Positions 18,901-27,900 of a stretch of DNA of 64,000 bases are shown here, piece after piece. This DNA comes from Puniceicoccales bacterium (GTDB taxonomy: Bacteria; Verrucomicrobiota; Verrucomicrobiia; Opitutales; JAIRLM01). A program made the position numbers and the translations under genes. The notes beneath the pieces are model-generated. The model saw nothing but the letters and a program-made list of their open reading frames with translations. It was not told the DNA's origin and did no database searches. Position 1 is the stretch's first letter; the number at the start of each line of letters is the position of its first letter. The DNA lies in NCBI GenBank assembly GCA_031268795.1, contig JAIRWT010000014.1, positions 29,383 to 93,382 of the forward strand, given 5' to 3'.

Positions 18901-21900
18901 ACGCCTCGGCGTATTGATCTAAAATTTCATTTATTTTTTTTACCTTAAAAACGCCACCCCTATCTACTATAATACGAACGAATTTGCGTTGTGCCGGTGG
19001 AACAGACGCAAAAAGATCTTTCACGTCGGGCTCTTTGCCGGAATCCGGAAGAATGTCGATCCCGGCCACACCACGCGTTAAATCATCGAGTTCTTTTAAG
19101 AAGATTTGTCCCTCAACGCCGGCCTGTTGTTTGACGCCAGTGTCGTCACGCGCGCCACGAGGAAGTCCATGGACATCGGATATTGTTCCGCTACAGAACA
19201 TCGTGTGTTCACCGAATAATCTAACAGCGCTGTTACACCCATCCGTATGCATCGATTTGTGGTAGCGATTGCTGCGTCCGCTAAATGCCTGCCATAGCGC
19301 TATCCGCGCGTCGGGATTTTCTTCTAAATGCTTGTTTATTCCAGCCAAACAAGATTGATATTCGGAAGGGCGTGAGTCACGTTCCCTTAAACATTTTGTG
19401 ACCTCATGGTATTGACGACCAATAATACTCCTATATACTTTGCTTGGAGACCCTTCTTCATCAGATGGACCTTTTGACATTGTTTCTTTCACGATTGGCG
19501 TCCTCATCCGTTCGGTGAATGCTTCAATCATTTTCTCTGTGAACGGCGTGAAATATTCTTCCATGTCAATGAGTGCTTGTATGTAGTAATTGACTAATTT
19601 TTCCTGCAAACTTGCGAAGTCATTAGTCGATGGTGTCATGGAGGCAATATAAGGAACCATTACTGGATCGTCGCCGAGTGCACGTACGTGAAGTCCCATC
19701 TTACGATTTACTTCATCATGGCGGGCCGATTCAAATCGTCTTGTTACCGCAACCCACGTACAAATGCGCCTAAGAGCGGCGCGATCATCATCGTTGCCAC
19801 TTTCCCCTACGGCTACGATGAGCGGGTGGGCATCACTTTCTCCGATTAGGATATCAATAAATGTTCCAAGGTTAACATTGAACTTATTGAGAAAAACGTG
19901 CACGGGCATACCTGGCATTATTTCGCATGTCGCAAGGTATTGTGCCAAAGTTCGCCGATCGCGCACAAAATCCTCGTCCGAACGCTGGGCTTGTGAGTTA
20001 TTGGCAAATCCGAAGAGCCCACCGGTAGCTGACGGATTTGCGCGATTATATGCCGCTATTGCCTTGAAAATACTGGCCACATCGCCATTCAGTTCCTCTG
20101 GAACTGCTAGTTGGATACCTGAAGGATAATTAACTTCTTGTCTTGCGCTTAAGTTTATGTGTGCCTCGTCAAAAATTCCATATCCATGCTCTTGGAAAAA
20201 TTTTTTTATCCTAACTAAATAATCAAATCTCTCCTTAAGTGTTTCCACGTCTTTGTATTCTTCCAGTTTCTCTTCTATGCGTTCGAGTCTTTTGCGCTTT
20301 TCTGCAAGCTTCTGCCTAAGATTGTGAGTAAGTTCGGCTTGAAATCCCGCCTCCTGTTCGGAGGCTTGCCAAATCGCATCCATTTGTCTGACGATTTCAT
20401 TTATCTCATTCGCGGTTGTAGCTGCTTCTGCAAGCAACTCGGCAGTTGCAGTTCTGGCCGCGATTGCGTCCATTATCTCTAATTCAAGCTTAGAAAAAAA
20501 GTTCGTTTCGCAACAAAGTATTCCGCCATTAGTCATAGCGTCAATCAGGGAACTCAACATATTGCTTAGGTACCCAACACTTTGAAGTTCCACCCGTGTG
20601 GGATTAATTGTCATGACGGGTTGTCCAAATTTTTTCTCGGATGCATTCCAGAATGCTTGTGCCTGGAGAAATTGGGTACTATCGCAAGCGATAGTCGGTA
20701 AATATCCCTGTAAGCTACACCAAAACGTGAGAACAAGAGAGATTACCGATGATTTTCCACCTCCCATCATTAGTTTGAAGCAACGGTAATCTCCGTCCAT
20801 CAAACAGCGCAGTATTCGTGCCTGTATTTTACTAATAATGAAGCCCTGGGCCATGGCAAAACACAACATGCAATCCTCGGAAATATGTTTTCCTAAACAA
20901 TCCTCGATATATCCACCACTGTCGGAACAAAACTCACACATTTCACTGGTGAGCCGATGTATATTTTCAAAAGCCGAAGTTCTTTCGGACTCACAACTGT
21001 CCGGATTCGTCAAAACTTTAGCATGTTTTTCTATGTCAAAACATCTACGTTCTGTCACGCACGCTACGGCATACATTCGAATGAGGTTAGTCGTATAGTG
21101 ATAACTTGCTTCGGATAGCAGGAATTGCGGGCAAAACTTTGTCGGCCCAATGCGATACATGCCGTTCACTATATTTGGTTGTACTACAAGAATTGCCCTT
21201 GCCACTGCCTGCATATCGAGGTCTCCGTGGTTAGTTTCCCCGATTTTTAATGCCGTTTCTCGCAAAAGATCACGTTTTCTCCTGGTAACCTCATCGCGTA
21301 ACTCTCGCACAGCTTTGAAATAATTCAAATGTTCACTTGTAACTTCGAGAGTTGGCGGAACAAAAACTTCTCTGTCGGCAAAACACCTGGCTCCGGCGCG
21401 CATTTCTTCAGTCATTCGATCATGAGCACATTGGATGGCCGGATCGGCATCTGTTGCGATAATTTCAACTGATCTTACCGAGTGTGTGCGCCCGAATCGC
21501 GTAGAGATTTGCGCGAAAGGTCTCCCAACAAAATGCACAAATGCAGTGAATTGATCAGATTTTGGAACTTTCGGCCCAACTGCAGGGTTGCCAGCGCGCT
21601 CTGCCCGGACTGACGGCCATTCAGCAGTGCGGGCAGTATTCAACACTTTACCCCAACTGTTTAACCCCTTCCATTCGAGCTTAATTTTTCCTGCGAACAT
21701 TAGGGTTGCGGCAGGAGAGCCTTGCATCTCCGGGTACTCCACAAGCAAAGCGGGAACCTTCTCGAGCATGGAAATAGCTTGCTCCTTCGAGAGAGATAAA
21801 TTCGCTACAAGCCTCCATTGAAATCTACTATCTCCGACGCAAACTGAAAGGCTTGTTAAGCATGAATGCACGCAATGCGCAATAGCTGGCATGTCGCCCG

Positions 21901-24900
21901 CGGCTGCTTTTACACCTTGAAAATTCACACGGGGTAATTCTTCGAATATATATTTCCTAATGGTTGATTCGTCTTTTTCTATAGATCTCCATAAATCAAG
22001 TGCAAAAAACTTTATTGCCGTAGCGTCTGGACTTCGGTCGCGGATACTAAATACGAGTTCAGCAAAGCATCGACGAACATAATCTCCAGCTGCATTATTT
22101 GGCAAAAAAACTCCCTTTCGTACTTCGTTTAACGCAATTGCCGCCTGGTCATATTTTCGCAATAAAAGTAGCGAATGTGCTACAGTTATACGTTGTAAAA
22201 TCCGGCTAATCGCATCATTTGCATCAACAAGATGAAGATTTCCTTCTTGACAGGAAACCGTGAAAAGTTCCTGCACTCCATCCCGAAGCGGCGCAGCTCT
22301 CAACCCGTAGGCGGTAAATGCGGACAAATCACGCATACTCCTTTTTTTGGGTAGAAAATCAAGTGCGTCTTTAGCGGGATAGGTATGAGTATTTGCGGTT
22401 TGTTCATGAACTGGCGACAATAAACATAGCACCGGAAGGCTCCCCGTACTTGGCGGGTTAATCGGGATGAGCGTAATGACGGCCGTAGACGCCAAAGGAT
22501 ATGTTTCACGGGCAAATCCACCATCGCCTGCGTGTGTCGTTTGGGCCAGACTCATTATATCTTTGGTTGTTGCGATGCGATAATTATCAATTCCAATAAT
22601 TTCCCACTCGTCATTAGCATTTTTCCTCATTCGCAGCGGGTGCCCATTCAAAACAACATCCGGGAGCATAACTTCCCGAATTTTAACTTCTGCGTCTTCG
22701 GCGGGCACCTCATCGAAGATGCAGATGCAATCTTTATTTTCTAGTCCCGGCAATGCAATGCCCATGCTTCTCGCCTTTGCAATATGCGCCGGGAGGCGAC
22801 GGTCACTTCCTTCAAGAAAAAATGCCTGAGTTTTCCCTTGGTTGCTAACTTCCACTTCGAAACTTGCGCATTTGGATGACTCGCGCCCTGTATAAAGTTT
22901 ATAGACGCTGGACCCTCCGATACTTTTCTTTCCCCAGGCAATACCACGTTTTAAGAGTTTGCACCTAGCATCATGCTCGGAAATGTCTTTGTAGAGCTTA
23001 TCAAGCCTATAAAAAATCTCTCCTTCTCCGTTCGTGGCACGAACAACCCCTTCGGAATCACGAATGAGGTGGATATCCTCTCCCGCATATGTCCCGTCCG
23101 CAGGCGTGAATATTGTTTGTCCATTAAATTCCTGGACCGCAACCTGGGATCGCTCATTAAGTTTTAGAAAAGCCATAAGGGCATTTGCATCATCTGGAGG
23201 CATTGCTGCAAGAACTTCAGGTAGCATTTTTTTTGCATTGTTACAGATAACCCCTGCACCCTCGTTCCATCCTCTGGAAAAAGAAAAAATTTCAGTACCA
23301 TCGCGGCCGAAAATACTGGCCGCCGACGGATCAACCGTATATTGTCCCCTGTCATCCTTGGGGTACTCATACGGGCCCTCTTTCTGCCTTTCTTGAAATT
23401 TTCTAACATCCGTCGTGGCTGGCTGTCGTACTCTTGCACTAAAATCAATTGCTCCGGTAATAAGGCGAGCGACCAGTGGATCTGTTGGATGTTGCGTAAT
23501 TATTTGACGCAAATGATCAATGGCATAATCGGCACATTCCCAACCATACACGCGATCACTACTAGCTATGAATGATCGACGCTGCAAATTTCCATCGGGA
23601 GTTTTTTCAAACAGCATTATCGCAGAAAGACCATCGGTGACTACTTCCTGATATTCATACAAACATTCTTGTTTGCTGCGTATATCATTCTCGGTTAGAC
23701 CGAATCGTACGGCAACTTCGGAAATTTGCGCCGTCGCCTCCGCAAGGATCGAATTTCCCCTTTTGGTGGTAACATCTGTATTATCTTTATTTACAAGAAG
23801 AGCCCGCCGTATCTGCCGCGATAAGAGGAGGGCGCCTTGCAGCACGCATTCTCTGCCATCGATGGATTCAACTGCCTTGGCCCCAACCATATGCATGACT
23901 GCGCTAATAACAGTGGCAATATTACTAAATACCTCGACGTCTGCATCGCTATACGTTCGTACGAGCGGATTATCCTCGTTTGCAATAAGTACTTTTCCGA
24001 GCGTATCAGTAACAAGCGAGTTGCACTGATTCAAAATACGGGCATAATCAGCGAGAGTTGCATTACCTAGCGCTTTTTGCCTGAATGAATCATTGGCAAT
24101 AAATGATAAAAGTGCATTGGTTGTAGTTCTGCCGCGATCTTTCATTTTTTTGAAAAGATGAGTGCTATCAGCAATTTTCGCCAAGATTGCAGTTATCGAT
24201 TCGGGAGGATGTTGAGTGTTTATCATATGTTCGGCACTAAAATATTCCATGAACCCACTGGAAGCGGACTGGGTTCTGAGTTTTTCATTGGCGGTTGTTC
24301 TCCCGGCAATCGTATCAGGATTTTGCAGAAAAAGATCTGTGCTTCTATCCGCTGAAGCATATGTTGCAGTATGGTCTATTTTTGGTGTTTGGGACATTGC
24401 GGTCGACGGAGTATCGACGTAGCTCTTCGGAGAAAGTCCTTCGCCATGTTGGCCTGGAGTATCTCTTTCTTGTGGCTGCGCATGATGCTTTGAAGCACCA
24501 GAGGATCTTTGATTTATTTCGGCGAATATAGAGACTATCTGTGGAAAATCGCCAAGTCCGCACGCATCCATTGGAGTTACATTTGCAACAAATCTTTTTC
24601 GAAATTCGGTATCGAGCATATGTAACCTATGGCCAATACTATCGGGGGTGCCCAGGATAGCACCAAGCCCACGCGTAAAGTCCACGCGAGCCTTCTCCGT
24701 GATCTGTCCGATTTTTGGGGCGATATCGGATAAATGTGTGTCGCGTCCAACTAAATCTTCAAGTCCTGCCCTTTGATCAAAAACACCCTGCAAAATTCGA
24801 AGATTTAAATCTCGTGGCGCGGCAGAGTCGGATGCGACTATTTGACGAATTTCTGCATCCAATGTAGCGAAATCCGTTCCTGCAATTTTGCTTTTCCTGT

Positions 24901-27900
24901 CCTCAATTGTAAAATCAAAATTGCCAGTCTTCGAAAAATCATCATCGGGCCAAAACGACATATTGCTAGTATATCGAAGGTTTGCAACGTTTATCAACGC
25001 TGATGCGCCGTTGCCGAGTCCGGCAAGTTCGGGAAGAGGAATCCCTTGGCGTATTTCCTCTTGCAGAGCCTGTATCTCGGCTGAAAATTCATTTTTGGTA
25101 GGGTTGAGCCTTATATTATCAGGCGTTCGAACCTGTGCTTCTAATGCGGAAACATACATATCAGCGACGTTAGTTAAGGCATTAATTGTCGTGTTCGAAT
25201 TAGTGCAGTTAATAAGCTTGCACTGAATGTCGGCAGCTGCCTTTCGGCGAAGTGCAAATACCATATAAGTCTCGACCCAACGTTGCAGCTTTTTCTGAAG
25301 AGCCTGCCCGCTTGCCGAGGTCACATCCTCCCATTTGTCAACCGTATCTTTAACAGCGCTAAGCCTCTTCAGAAGGCTTTCCAAATATTGCTTTCTTTTA
25401 TCAAGGGCTAGGATAAAGGCTTCCATGTTAGTCACACTATTTTGAGCGGCCGTATGGGCATTTCGACGGGCGGTTTCGTCATCTATTAACTTGCAATATA
25501 TTGCATTAATTCTATCGTATTCGGCATTCGCGGAAGCAGCAGCCGTCTTCAATGGGTTGCGCTTTTTGTCGATTTCAGTGTCTGAAGCGGTTTCAGGAAG
25601 CGAGCCTCCCGTTAACCCAAGCTGGTGCTTTATTTCGCCTACTTCTTGTTTGATGGCGGCTACCTTCTTTTGCAAGGAGTCAATTCCGTCTTTGGCGGTA
25701 GTTTCTTTATTTCGCAAATCTGCAAGCTCGCTAGTCTTTTTGGTTAAAGCGTTTTCCGCTTTGGCAGCTTTGTTGAGCGCAGCTGTAGCGGAAGTAGCTG
25801 CTTTTGTCTCCGCTGCCAGACAAGCCTCATATTCCTGCCGCGCCGCGGGATTGGCTGATTTCGCTGCCGCGCTCAACTTTCTGTATGCTTCAGCAGTTTT
25901 CTTTTTTGCCGCATCCGCTTCTCTATTCGCGATATCAGCCTTGGCTTTTGCTTGGTTGAACGTCGATTGCAATACGGCAATCTCGGCAAGCAATGTAGGC
26001 TGACGATCTTTCACGGCTTTTAATTCAGCAGTGTAATCCTTAATGCGCGCATCGCACCTACCAAACTCCTGCTCCCGTGCCCTTAAGCGGGAAATGGCAT
26101 TTTCAAACTCCTGCAAGTTTTGGGCTGCCCTTTCCTTGTTCGTTATCGCCGGATAATATTCATCTTTTTCACATCTGCTTCTAGCCTCAATGGCATCTTC
26201 TAACTCTTTTTTAGCCTTCCCTACAACTTTCTTAAGCCTTGCAAATTCTCCTTCTCTATTGGCTTTTTCGGTCTCGATATTTGCAAGCTCACGTTTAATC
26301 GCTTCAATGGCATCGTTCAATTCTCGCTGTTTTCCTTTTTTTACATCTGCACGACTAAGCGTTTCTTTTATTTTCTTTATCTCATCCAATGCGGTCCGCA
26401 TGCCATCGGCGGAGGCTTTGATACTTTGCAAAACTTCATTGCACGCAGCTTTATATGCAGTATAACTCTGATTGGGGCCATTCAGTATGGAGGCGAAGCT
26501 TGCTTCTACGGGGGCGAAAGCTTCGCGAGAAACCTTCGGAGCATTTAACAGAATTCCAGGCTTCTCAGAACTCGCACTCAAGGCGGCCAATTTTTGCCTC
26601 CGCACACTATTCTGTTCCGAAGTGTTGTGGTCAGATCCAGGGTTTATTGGCGGAATTTCTAAGCCAAAAATATTCGGATTAACCTCAACGTAATATACAA
26701 GATCGCGCTTTATGGCAGTCTGGCGCATTTGGCACAAGTGCCGAAACGCAAGCATGGATATAACTTCAAGGGTCAAAAAAACATTTTGATCCTCAACCGA
26801 TTGCCTCAATTGAGGTGCTGGATAATGGGAGGATAAGAAAATGCTTACATTTTTAAGCTGCTGAAGCAAACGGATCGAATCTTTCTCGCTATAGGTCTCA
26901 AGGTGGGTAGGGAGCTCGTCCAATGGCAAATTTGGATGCTGTATGAGGAACTTAATGGCATCGGCAACGATTTCGTTCTGCCCCTTATCGCTAAAATCAG
27001 GGACGACATCAAATTTTTCAAATACTGCCTTAATTTTCTGCAAGGCCGCCTTGTCATTAACTGGGCACTCCCGCAGCGCAGCTGCCGCAGCATCAATGGA
27101 ATCGCAAGAATCGCTAAGCGGACTACTTCCGGGTGGACGTGGCGCTTGATCTCCTGAATCTAAGTCTGGAGTTGGAGGCAAAAATAACGATAGATCGAGC
27201 GGCTTGCCTCTATCAGGCTCAAAAGCACCTTCGCCTTTGGCGAAAACGGTATTTTGAAGCGCCTCCATAACAATTCTTCGCATTTCCCGCAACTCGAAAT
27301 CAATTCTACGTACTGTTTCATCGGAGTGAATGAGGTGTCGCAAATTTGCAAAATCTTGCGCAAGCACATTCAGTTGCGCGGCAATTGCATTTACCTCAGC
27401 AAAAGTCGATGCTGCTCCGCCGTCGACCAAAAGACTAGAAATTAAATCCCTGAGCATCCGTAGGGATACGTAAAAATGCAGCAAGTTAATTTGTATTTCC
27501 AAATCATCCGCTCTATCGCCAATGCCTGCATTGGATAAAATAAGATCACGAACCAATGCTTCCAATGACCGCCCCGTACAATTTCCGGTTGTTTGCATTT
27601 CGTCAAGAACCGTTGCGCCGCACACAGTGCCTAGCCTTCCGATAATGAAGCCATCTTTCCTCCCGTTCACAACGTCGACGTCGGTAATGTTTTCTGGCGA
27701 AAGGGCAGCCGGCAGCCCGTCTTCGCTGCCAACTCCTGCGATTTCGGTGGGTACCGTCGCCTCGGTGTCATCAGTACACAAGCAGGGGATTTTGCCGGTA
27801 GAGCATCCCTCCAGGAATTGATTTGCACATGCCTTGCTAACTACCCCCTTTCCGAGAATATAAAAAGATTGCAACAGCCTTTGCGTGTCCTCGGAGGATA

